A stretch of DNA of 64,000 bases from an uncultured virus (IMG/VR IMGVR_UViG_3300037493_005316) (taxonomy: Duplodnaviria > Heunggongvirae > Uroviricota > Caudoviricetes): the IMG/VR virus record IMGVR_UViG_3300037493_005316; one strand, given 5' to 3'. Shown here one piece after another: positions 38,984 to 48,307 of the stretch. The position numbers and the translations under genes are program-made. Every line of letters starts with the position of its first letter. Position 1 is the stretch's first letter. The notes under the pieces are model-generated. The model saw only the letters and a program-made list of their open reading frames with translations. It searched no databases and had not been told where the DNA came from.

Positions 38984-40276
38984 GGTGTGAACACCAGTGC
39001 TTCGAGATCGGCGGTCCTTGGATCGACACGAACCCCTCGTGTCCAGAACACGGACGAGAAGCCGAAGCCCGAAACAACCTCCCCGACGTCCCCGGCAACA
39101 CCTGGGAGTTCCGCACGCTCTGGTCGCTGCTCTCAGAGCACATCGATCTCAACGTGAACCTCGGTCTCGACGGGACCGAATCCTGGGACGAGAAGTCCCG
39201 CCGCCTCTTTGCGAAGCTCGACACCCTCTTCGACCGGATCATCCCGTGAACCACCTGATCTTCTACGAACCGCCCCCCGTTCCGCCGACGCGCGCCGAAG
39301 CCGTCGTCCGCGTCGTGAACATCGCCGCCTGGATGCTTGGCTGGGCCATGCTCGCGTGGGGGCGGTGATGGCCTCGCAGAAGACCATGACCCTCCCCGAC
39401 TTCTTGACTGCGAATGAGATCGCGCTCGCGGTCACGCTCAAGGACCGCGTGCTCGTGCGGGACGAGATCATCAAGCCGAACATGACCCGCATCAACGCGG
39501 CGCTCGGCCAGGAGAACGACGCGGACTACCTCGCGTACGCCGTCGAGTACGTGATGAATCAGATGGGGTACTGGCGATGAGCGTACTAACCGCGAACACC
39601 CACGATCGCGTGCTCCGCATCCTAGAGATGATCGACCGTCTCCCGAACGTGGAGTTCATCCAGAAGACGGGCGGCGGTTGGAACGCCAGCGGCGACAATG
39701 TGCAGGAGGCCATCGATGCGCTTCGTGCCGATGCCAGGGCGATCAGGTGTTCGGCGTGGGCCATCGAGATCACCTACGACGGGGAGGACGCGCAAAGCCG
39801 TGTCGAGCCGCCGCTTCATGCGGTCGGTAGGAGGGTATCGTTTTGAGTCACGATCCCAAGACCTGCCCCGACTGCGCTTCGACGAAGCCCGAACCCTTCG
39901 ACACCGCTGTGGATCACCTCCTTGACGTGATCGAAGGGACCGAGTTGGACGAAGCTCTCGACCCTCACGCGATTCGGGGGGCAGCGTACGCCGTGGAAGG
40001 CACTCTCCCCGAAGAGATGGAGGGTCTGTCGCTCCGAGAAGCGCGCCTGATCGGCGCCCTGTGCCGTCTCGCGGGGGAGTTGACCCTGCGCCCGACCCTG
40101 GTTCGGACGAAGTGAACGGGCCGCCGCCGGATTCCGACGAGGAACCTGGACGCTCGGACGAGAAACCCGTCCCTCTTTGGGTCCTGCTTCTTCTGAGCTG
40201 CCTCGGCGTGAAGGGCGCCGCCGTAGCGATTGCTTATATTCGGCGTACGGCTAGGAATACTGACGAGCCGTCTTGA
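38980..40276 (+). other. small hypothetical genes (38980-39249, 39246-39368, 39368-39580, 39577-39846, 39843-40115, 40112-40276)
   Basis: chained overlaps. Confidence 0.5.
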
Positions 40277-40468
40277 CTCGCTATCCCAGGATGCTATGAC
40301 TAGGTAGTCAACGTTTTTCGATCCCCATATGACGCGATGTTCGGAACAGTGCGATTTGAGAACGCTTCCGATCTGCGCAGTAGCCAAGCGACGAGTGGTG
40401 TCTTAGTTTGGCGCGAACATCGCGTCTTATGGCGGTCGAAGAGTGTAAAGCTACGAGGTACTTAGGAT

Positions 40469-40891
40469 ATGTCACAGACGCCGCCTGGGGCGCCGAAATC
40501 TCGGTCCTGTTTGCCCTGTGTGGCGTGTTGTACGTCTCTCGAAGTGGTTGAGTTCAACAAGCCCGCGGGTGTCCCCTGCGTGCATCTGACCCCGAAAGGC
40601 TGCGGGATCTACGCGGATCCGAAGAAGCCCGCCATCTGCAACGACTTCAAGTGCGGCTGGCTTGAAGGCTACGGGGAGAACAACGAGCGGCCGGACAAGG
40701 CGGGCGTCATCCTGCGTACAGGACACGCCACCGAGGGCCCTTTGGCGGGTGCGCCCTTCGCGCAGGCCCATGAGGTATCTATGGGGTCTGCGGACCTTCG
40801 CGCGGCTCACAAGGTCTTAAACAAGCTCGCGCGGCAGTTGACCGTGGTGCTGGTGCGACTCAACGGCAAGCGAACGTTCTGGAATGTTTGA
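40469..40891 (+). CDS. YkgJ-like cysteine-cluster (Zn/Fe chelating) protein
   Basis: CLPCVACC..NKPAGVPCVHL..GCGIY..C.DFKCGWL..RPDK.GVIL. Confidence 0.7.
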   Translation: MSQTPPGAPKSRSCLPCVACCTSLEVVEFNKPAGVPCVHLTPKGCGIYADPKKPAICNDFKCGWLEGYGENNERPDKAGVILRTGHATEGPLAGAPFAQAHEVSMGSADLRAAHKVLNKLARQLTVVLVRLNGKRTFWNV

Positions 40892-40898
40892 TCTTCGG

Positions 40899-40926
40899 TT
40901 GACTTCGTAACCTCAAAGGTTACGGT
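40899..40926 (+). promoter_or_regulatory. sigma70-like promoter for the multi-HTH gene
   Basis: TTGACT-16 nt ending GGT-TACGGT; includes inverted repeat GTAACCT/AGGTTAC. Confidence 0.45.
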
Positions 40927-40943
40927 ATCTTCTGGAGGTCCTT

Positions 40944-42248
40944 TTGGGACGTAGACCGTTTTCGCTCCCCGCCGACGTTCGAGCGTACTTGTGGGAGGGC
41001 TCGCAGGCGCAGGTTGCGGCCCGAGCGCAGGTGTCGATCACCGTCGTTCAGCGCTGGCGGGAAGAGACGCTCCATCCTGAACCACTTTCCGGTGCGAGGT
41101 CCGCCCCCCGGAAGTATTCTCCGACCGCGTATCGGTCTTACCCCGCAGAGCCCCCTCCCGAAGTTCTCGACCTTCTCGGGAAGCTGGCCGACAGTCGCAT
41201 CTCGACAGAGACGGGGATCCCGACACACATCGTCCGGCGGTGGCGGATTGCGTTGAACCTGCCCCCTGGGGGTTGGATTAATTTCACTTTGGATCCAAAG
41301 GCTTCGTACGAAGCGAGGTATCCAGGGGTTTTGGAGCTGCTTGAAACGTGCCCCCTGAAGGACGTGGCGAGGCATTTCGGTGTTTCCACGGTAACATTGG
41401 CGAAAGTGCGAAAGGCGCTCGGCCTGCCGAAGCTGCCCCGAGGGACGGCTAAGCTTTCCGACGAGAACCGAAATAGCCGCTTGGAAAAGCGATACCCCGG
41501 ACTTCTTTCGCGACTGGGCATCGTCTCCGACGGCGTTCTCGCCGCAGAGTACGAGATCACGCGTTCCTACTTGCAGTTGATTCGGGCGCGTCTCGGGATC
41601 GCGTCCTTCACGGAGCATCGAAGGGAAGACGTTGTGTCGGATCCCTCCTTTGGGAAAGAGACGGACCTCGTGCTCGCCGCACAGTACGGCCTTGCTTCGC
41701 AGACGGTCGGGAAGTGGCGTCGGGATAAAGGCGTCCCGCCCTCGACGGACCGAGGGAAGGTAGTCGAGGACTTCACTCCCTACCTTGGTAAAATATCAGA
41801 CCGCAAAATCGCGACGTCTTTCGATGTTCCCATCGCGTTCGTGCAGCGCGCGAGGGATAAGTTTGGTATTCCGCCGCTTCGGAGATCCCCCGCCTCTCCG
41901 GGATTCGTCGCGATCAATCAAACGCAAATGATGCAAATGTTCGAGGCCGGGAGGTCCAACATCGAGATTGCAGATTTTTTCGGGGCGAACCCGCAGTACA
42001 TCGGAACACTGCTGAATCGACAGGGCGTCTACCGTCACGGGCGGCGGCGGTCGTCCACAAGGGCTTCTCCCTGTCCGAAGATCGACCGGGATCTTGTACG
42101 GAAACTCTTGGACGAACACAAGACCTACGCAGAGATCGCCGAGGTCCTGGGCTGTGCTTCGACGACGATCGGGGAAATCGCGAGAAAAGAGTTTGGAGTC
42201 GAAAGAGGTACGAACGCCTTCAGGAAAAGACGCGAGGCCCAGAAGTAG
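40944..42248 (+). CDS. multi-HTH repeat DNA-binding protein (434 aa)
   Basis: repeated (L)G...D..(I/L)A...G......V...R...G(I/L)PP units plus further HTH-like segments. Confidence 0.7.
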   Translation: MGRRPFSLPADVRAYLWEGSQAQVAARAQVSITVVQRWREETLHPEPLSGARSAPRKYSPTAYRSYPAEPPPEVLDLLGKLADSRISTETGIPTHIVRRWRIALNLPPGGWINFTLDPKASYEARYPGVLELLETCPLKDVARHFGVSTVTLAKVRKALGLPKLPRGTAKLSDENRNSRLEKRYPGLLSRLGIVSDGVLAAEYEITRSYLQLIRARLGIASFTEHRREDVVSDPSFGKETDLVLAAQYGLASQTVGKWRRDKGVPPSTDRGKVVEDFTPYLGKISDRKIATSFDVPIAFVQRARDKFGIPPLRRSPASPGFVAINQTQMMQMFEAGRSNIEIADFFGANPQYIGTLLNRQGVYRHGRRRSSTRASPCPKIDRDLVRKLLDEHKTYAEIAEVLGCASTTIGEIARKEFGVERGTNAFRKRREAQK

Positions 42249-42356
42249 TTTCGGTTTGATTAGGTTTAGGTTCGAGGGGGGGGCCCCCCCCCTACCCGCT
42301 GTGTCTCAGGGGGTCGGAGGTTTCTCCTTGACAGGCGTATCCGTATCGGTTACATA
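42248..42356 (+). promoter_or_regulatory. conserved promoter cassette copy 3
   Basis: GTTTCGG; G8C9 at 42276-42292; TTGACA(42328)-GGCGTATCCGTATCGGT-TACATA(42351). Confidence 0.85.
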
Positions 42357-42400
42357 GAAGGTATCGGGGGAGAACACCACCCTCCCCCCTGGAGCCCCCC

Positions 42401-42718
42401 GTGCGTCAGAAACTCCTAACTGCTGCGATCCGCAAGGCGCTTCCGAAGCTGTACGCGATGGAAAAGACCCCGGTGGACGACGTGATCGTTCAGGTCAGGT
42501 TCTTCCATCCCTACGGGCGCGGAACGTGGTTCATCACCGAGTTTGACGGCGAGGACATGATGTTCGGAGCCGTGGACTTGGGCATGGGCTCGATCGATTT
42601 TGGCTATATCAGCCTCTCCGAGCTGGAAAGTCTCAAGGGCCCTGGCGGCGTGCAGGCCATCGAGCGGGACGCACACTTTACTCCGAAACCCTGGCGCGAA
42701 GCCCGGAAGGAGGGCTGA
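42401..42718 (+). CDS. DUF2958-family protein
   Basis: FFHPYGRGTWFITE..FGAVDLGMG..FGYISLSELES..IERDAHF. Confidence 0.75.
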   Translation: MRQKLLTAAIRKALPKLYAMEKTPVDDVIVQVRFFHPYGRGTWFITEFDGEDMMFGAVDLGMGSIDFGYISLSELESLKGPGGVQAIERDAHFTPKPWREARKEG

Positions 42719-45138
42719 TGACAACCCCCCTCGATTGCGTCGGAGATACCGTGCGCCTCGCCCTCAAGGCGATGGGGTACACCCCGAGCGCGAAGTTCCC
42801 GAAACGGTGGGCGAAGCCCGTGGGTTTCAGCCTCTTTACGTTCAACGAAGAGGGGAACGAATGGGGAAACTGGTTCGTGGACGCGACGGGTACGACGCGA
42901 CTGTGGACCGCGAAGACGCTCGACACGTCGGGCAGGAAGGGCTTTCCGTACGTCGGTCAGCTTGGGGAATTTGAAGCGTACACGAGGATCAACCTCGTGG
43001 GTCGCGAAGTGATTCACCTGTCCGTCGTTGACGTGGGAGTTTGAACATGGAATTCTTCCACTTCCACAACGATCACGGCGAGCTTGCCGCGTTCTTCGCG
43101 GCCCTCTCCTTCCTTCCGGTCCTCCACGCGTGGGTCCGACTCACGTGGACCGCGTGGACCTGTCCGCCCGATTGTCCTGCGAAGGACGTCGAGCACGAAC
43201 ACGAAACGGCGCACGCGCACGAAACGGCGGGTGGCAATTGATCGCCCCTGTTCAGATCGTCCCAGGCACGATCGTTACCTACAGCGGCGAGCGCAAAAGT
43301 TGGCGCGACCGCACCTGGGTTGTGCTTGGAGCACCTCGTCCCGGCTCCAGCGAGGAGTGCGGCGACGGCTTTATGGTTCCCGTCGCTCGTTCCGAGAGCG
43401 ACGACGGCTACGACACCGTTTCCGCCAACATGCCCCTGGTCATGCTGACGGTCGTGGGCGAAACGGCAGGTGGCAAGTGAGCGAAAAGACCCGCATCATC
43501 CGTCGAATCGACCCCTGCGGCTGCGGCTGCAAAGGCGCTGATTCGTGGCACGCCAGGAATTTCGAGCGGATCATCACCGACGTCCGCGAGGAACGTGGGA
43601 CCGCGCAGAGCTACGCCGAATACAATTTCTCTTTCCCTTACGACCGCGTCGGGCTCGCGTCCGCCCCGTGGAGCGATGATCCAGTGATCGTCGTGCGGTG
43701 GATTGAGCGGGAGAGCAGCGCGCGTCCGATTGGGTGGATCTTCGCGAAGAACCTTCGCCCCGTCACCGACGCCGTGGGTGCCCCGTGACCGCGAAAGAAC
43801 TGGAAAAGCGCCTCGCCTCGAAAGCGATCTACGCGACTGTTACCAAGTCCAGCGCAGGTAACTTCGACATCGAGATTGACGATCAGGCCACGCTCCGTCA
43901 GGCATGGGCCATTTCCGAGATCCTCGAAACGGACGACATCACGGTACGTGGCGGGGAGAATCCCCCTGGCCCGGAGAGCGGGTGTGCGGTTGTTCGGATC
44001 ACGGCGGTTCCGAAGCCGAAGAGGTCCGCCGTCTCCAAGGGCGTTGCGCGACTCGATGCGCAGGGTGTTTCTGACGGCACGATGTCCGAGTTCACGAGCC
44101 GCACCAAGGACCACGTTCGCGTCATTACGAACCTCATCCTTGGGCGCTTCGGGTCGGCGTTCCCCTACCCCGAAGGATGGGTCTTCACCCGCTTCGATTA
44201 CCTTCGTTCGGGCAAGGTCGCCGTCGCGTTCTCGTCCAACGGGCGTCCGTTCTACTTGGAGTTCCCCGTTCGGTACATGTACCAGTCGCTCGTGCCCGCG
44301 CTGGACGAGTTCACGGGGATCCTCACCAGCGACATCGAGATGCGTGACGTGAAGCCGCCGACAGCGTTGCCTGCGGTGTTCGCATGAGCTTTTCACCTTT
44401 TGATCTTCACGCCAACCTTTCTGTCGCACATCAGGCGGGCATTCCTCGCTCCTACTTCGTGTACGATCTGCCGAGGACGCGGCTTTACGAAGTCCAGACG
44501 TATGTCGACCCCAGCCACGTGCCCAACGTGGTCGATTACGACGGCGCACCGCTGGACGGGTATCAGTGGCGCGTGAGTTGTTTTGGTGGTGTCAGGGCTT
44601 CGACATCTCGGCGGGTCGGGGGCTCAACCGAGATCCTCTTCAAGGTCGTCGGCGAAGGGGCGGAGTTCAGTGCGCACGGCTGGATAACCAATTTCTACGT
44701 CGTTCAAAACGAGATCGCTGATTGGGACGCCTTCGTGGCGGCTCTCCAGAGGGCGGGCCTCACATGAACCTCGCTTTCCTTCACAACCGCCTCATGATCG
44801 TAGATCCCTCAGGTTCTTTCGGGGATCGTGGGTGGTTCGTATTCGACCCCGCCGAGAAGTACGTGAAACTCTACGAAATCTCTGTCGCCACCCCCGTAGA
44901 CTTCGACGGGGTAGGTGCCACCGCGCGTGTCGCCCGCCCGTGGTTTACGCGGTTTCTTGGCGACACGGCTGTGGAGCAGCGACAGGTGGCTGGTTCGATC
45001 GAAGTCCTGTTCAGCAGCGGCCACCAGGGGTGGAAGACCGACTTCGACACGGTGCGTACCCTTGTCGGTGGAGAGCACTGGAACGGTTTCGTTGCCGTTC
45101 TCCGCAAGACCTTCCCAATCATCGAGAATACCCCATGA
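42718..45138 (+). other. small hypothetical genes (42718-43044, 43041-43241, 43238-43480, 43477-43788, 43785-44387, 44384-44767, 44764-45138)
   Basis: chained overlaps; the last two look paralogous (R.V.GS.E(I/V)LF..H.GW.T.F). Confidence 0.6.
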
Positions 45139-45569
45139 TCTCCCTCCGCTACGGTGCCACCTTTCTGCCCGAAGCCTTCGATCGCTTCCTGGCCCTGCCC
45201 GTGTTCGAGGCCCTTCGCCCCCTGGAGCCGCGTTTCGAGATCGTGCGTACGCTCGACATTCGGTGCGCGGGGATCTCCCGCGAGGACGGTGGCGACGGAC
45301 GCCCGCTCGTGACCCTCTACGACCACCCCCTTCTCGGTCGCGCAGAGGCGTTACAAACAGTGCTCCACGAGATGACTCACGCGTTGGGCCTTTGGCGGCA
45401 CGACCGACACTTCCGCGAGGCCCTGTGTGTCGCGACGGTTCAGGCGTATCCCTCGGCGGAGGCAACGGCTGAGTACAGACAGGCACACCGGCTCCGTCGT
45501 CGAGGGGCCATCGCAGATTTCGATCTCGCCCTGGTACATTCAATCCGAACCTGTGGAGCTACCTCATGA
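45135..45569 (+). CDS. SprT-like HExxH protein
   Basis: LQTVLHEMTHA..HDRHFRE. Confidence 0.6.
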   Translation: MISLRYGATFLPEAFDRFLALPVFEALRPLEPRFEIVRTLDIRCAGISREDGGDGRPLVTLYDHPLLGRAEALQTVLHEMTHALGLWRHDRHFREALCVATVQAYPSAEATAEYRQAHRLRRRGAIADFDLALVHSIRTCGATS

Positions 45570-46251
45570 ACTGGAAAGTCGTCAGCGTGGAAGTCGAGAA
45601 CGGCCTTCCGAAGACCCTCACCATCGAGAACGATGCGGGGGAACAGCACAAGATCGTCGCGAACGGCAAAGGCCCTGCGAGCGTCGCGTCCGCGTGGTCG
45701 TTCCCCACGCTCCCCGTGCTCCCGCCCCTCGTGACCGAGAAGGTACTTCCCGCCTTCGCGCAAGGCATCGGGCTCGGCGCGGGGTCCTACGCGGGTCATG
45801 CGATCGGCACCGCTGCGGGCGTGGCCGCCGAGAAGGTCGCAGGCGCCATCTGGGACAGGTGGAAGCGCCGGGGGCCGCGATGAACGTCCCCGCCTTCGTC
45901 GCCATGGGGATCCTTCGGAACCTCGGCAACAACATCAAAACCAAGGTGGATTCGCTCTCGACACCATCGACTGCCGCGCTGGCGACCGTCGCAACGTGGG
46001 CGAAGGCGTGCAAGCGGCAAGAGGGCTTCACAGAGAAAGAGCCCGTGTACACGTTCCGCCACTCGGGTCGGTACTACTCATGGTATGTCGAGAGCAAGGC
46101 CGCGTTCGACGGCACGCTTCGAGGCAAGGTGCGGAAGGGTTTCGGCCCCGAAGCGCTTCCTGACGGGAACATCGTCATCGGGCGCGACGGGAAAGTGCAG
46201 AGTCTCCCCTCGTCCCTCGCTGACTACCTGAAGCGGCAGGAGCTTCCGTGA
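45566..46251 (+). other. two hypothetical genes (45566-45883, 45880-46251)
   Basis: coupled ORFs; the first has a Gly/Ala-rich hydrophobic segment. Confidence 0.5.
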
Positions 46252-47597
46252 TTCTGCTTGCGAGCCTTGCCGCGAGTGCCGCCGAGCCCTTCGGAGAACA
46301 CGTGTTCTTTGTTGGGGATCTCCACGCCCATACGGGCATCTCTGGTGACGCGGAAGACTCTACGACATGTGAGGCTTGTGGCTCGACGTTGGGGGCGTTC
46401 GACACGGCACGAACGAACGGGCTGGATTTCGTGGCGGTTACGGACCACGTGAACGGAGGTCCGGCGGCAAACCCTGCTGAGTGGGCTGCAAGCCTTGACC
46501 GGGCGCTCGATGCTGACGCTCCGGACGAAGGGTTCGTGACGATTCCCGCGGCCGAGGTGTTCGTCGTAGGTCGAGACGGACACGAGTTTGGGCACAAGAC
46601 GTTGCTTCTCTTCGGAGGCAATGAGGAGCTTCAAGGGCTAACCACTGCTGAAGTGTCGCCTTCCGGCACGACAAACGACCACGTCCCGACGTGCGACGAA
46701 TTGTGGGCGTGGGCCACTCGGTTGGGATCCGAACGGGGTCCACTGGCTCTCATTCCCCACCATCCTACGGCAGGGCTCCCGATGGCGACGGACTGGACGT
46801 GCCATTCCGACGTTTGGCAACCCGCTGTGGAGGTGTACTCGATCCACGGTAACGGTCTCGGCGACGGCTCGGGTTTCGATCCCGTTCTGACTGAGGAGAT
46901 TGATTCGGGGTCTGCGCGGCACGCGCTCGATGCAGGGATACAGCTTGGGTTTCTCGGAGGTACAGACCGCCACGACACACTCCCTGGCGAGGTATGCGTC
47001 CCCGGAGAGAGTCGAGGAGATGCCGAGAAGTACGGTGGTGGACTGACAATCGTGGTACTCGACGAGAACGAGGCTTTCGACCGCGCAGCCGTGGGTCGCG
47101 CGATTTCGGAACGCCGTACGCTTGCGACCAGCGGTCCCGTTCTCCCCGTCAGCATCGTTTGGTCGACGTCTCTAGGGGATGTCGGGCTTGGCGGGGAGGT
47201 GACACGCGTGGGGGATGAACCCATCGTCGTCAACGTGAGCGTCCCCGACGAGTATCATACTCTCGTTCTCGGCGTCGAGGCGGTCACGTCGGCTGGAACC
47301 GTCTCCTTGTCGGCCGTGGACGGCGTGTGGCAAGGCGAGATCGTCTCGGACGTGACCTGGGCTTACGTTCGCGTCGGGATCGACGGAGAGACGTGGTGGG
47401 ACGCTGGCTGCGACGACGCAGGTGACGACACCGCAGAGTACCTCTGGTCGTCTCCGAGCTTTGTGACCGTACTGCCCTCTGAAACAGACACCGAGACGGG
47501 AGGTCGCCCTCAAGTGTGTGGCACCGTTTCGTCGGCTACGCCCTCTGTGGCGGCTCTTTTCGCGCTCGCGTTGCTGTTCCGCCGTCGATCAGGTTGA
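46248..47597 (+). CDS. secreted PHP-fold metallohydrolase (CehA/McbA/DUF3604-like) with MYXO-CTERM-like tail
   Basis: short signal MILLASLAASA; GDLHAHT..DFVAVTDH..IPHHP..VEVYSIHG..GGTDRH; ends CGTVSS..VAALFALALLFRRRSG. Confidence 0.75.
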   Translation: MILLASLAASAAEPFGEHVFFVGDLHAHTGISGDAEDSTTCEACGSTLGAFDTARTNGLDFVAVTDHVNGGPAANPAEWAASLDRALDADAPDEGFVTIPAAEVFVVGRDGHEFGHKTLLLFGGNEELQGLTTAEVSPSGTTNDHVPTCDELWAWATRLGSERGPLALIPHHPTAGLPMATDWTCHSDVWQPAVEVYSIHGNGLGDGSGFDPVLTEEIDSGSARHALDAGIQLGFLGGTDRHDTLPGEVCVPGESRGDAEKYGGGLTIVVLDENEAFDRAAVGRAISERRTLATSGPVLPVSIVWSTSLGDVGLGGEVTRVGDEPIVVNVSVPDEYHTLVLGVEAVTSAGTVSLSAVDGVWQGEIVSDVTWAYVRVGIDGETWWDAGCDDAGDDTAEYLWSSPSFVTVLPSETDTETGGRPQVCGTVSSATPSVAALFALALLFRRRSG

Positions 47598-47621
47598 CAG
47601 CGTAGTCATGCTGGTTACGCT
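47594..47621 (+). promoter_or_regulatory. sigma70-like promoter
   Basis: TTGACA-16 nt ending GGT-TACGCT. Confidence 0.5.
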
Positions 47622-47644
47622 TCCTAGAACACAGGGAGCGTAGG

Positions 47645-48220
47645 ATGTCGAACGAGCAGGGCGAGACGAGTGGCGCGGCCGGAACCAGCGTTGGAACGGA
47701 CACAGCGGCAGGGGCTCCAACGCCGGATCTGATCGAGGTGACGGGGGTTCTCCTTCCGTGGGAGGGATCCCAGACCGTCGTCGGGGCATTGCAGGTCCCG
47801 TTGGGCGAGATCGTGGTGCTCTACGTCTACGTCACCGAGACGGCAGGTGAAAACATGCGGGTTCTGCTCTCTGCGGATCCCTACGAGCCCGAAGACGGCG
47901 CGGATCTGTCGGACCCCGCGATGGTCGAAGAAATCGAAGACTACATCTTCGATGACGGGTCGATCGTACTCGTGTCGGATCGGAAGACCGCACCCCGCGT
48001 CGACTCTTACGTCGTGACACACGACACCCTGGTTCCCATTCACATGCTCGCCCTGGACGTGGCGGTGGGAGGCGGCGCAGCACAGATCGGCTGCAACGTA
48101 ATCTCGCAGCTTTGCGCCAGCCTTTGGCCCGAATACGTGGCGAAGCTGCTTTCGGCGCAGCAAGAAGTGAACGCAGCGAGTGCGTCGGCTGCGTCCTCGA
48201 CGCCGACCGCGACGGCGTAG
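47645..48220 (+). CDS. acidic hypothetical protein (191 aa)
   Basis: GGGAG RBS; coding-like bias. Confidence 0.55.
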   Translation: MSNEQGETSGAAGTSVGTDTAAGAPTPDLIEVTGVLLPWEGSQTVVGALQVPLGEIVVLYVYVTETAGENMRVLLSADPYEPEDGADLSDPAMVEEIEDYIFDDGSIVLVSDRKTAPRVDSYVVTHDTLVPIHMLALDVAVGGGAAQIGCNVISQLCASLWPEYVAKLLSAQQEVNAASASAASSTPTATA

Positions 48221-48307
48221 TCCTTCGTAGGTTGAACCTGCGCCCGAGAACCGTTAGACTCCCGGTGTCGCGGGCCGTTGGGCCGTGGACCCGGAGATAA
48301 CGTGGGC

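Noticed and set aside
40273..40468. Second ORF-free gap with TTGACT..TATGAC as ncRNA
   Set aside because: No convincing stems; could be an ordinary promoter/UTR
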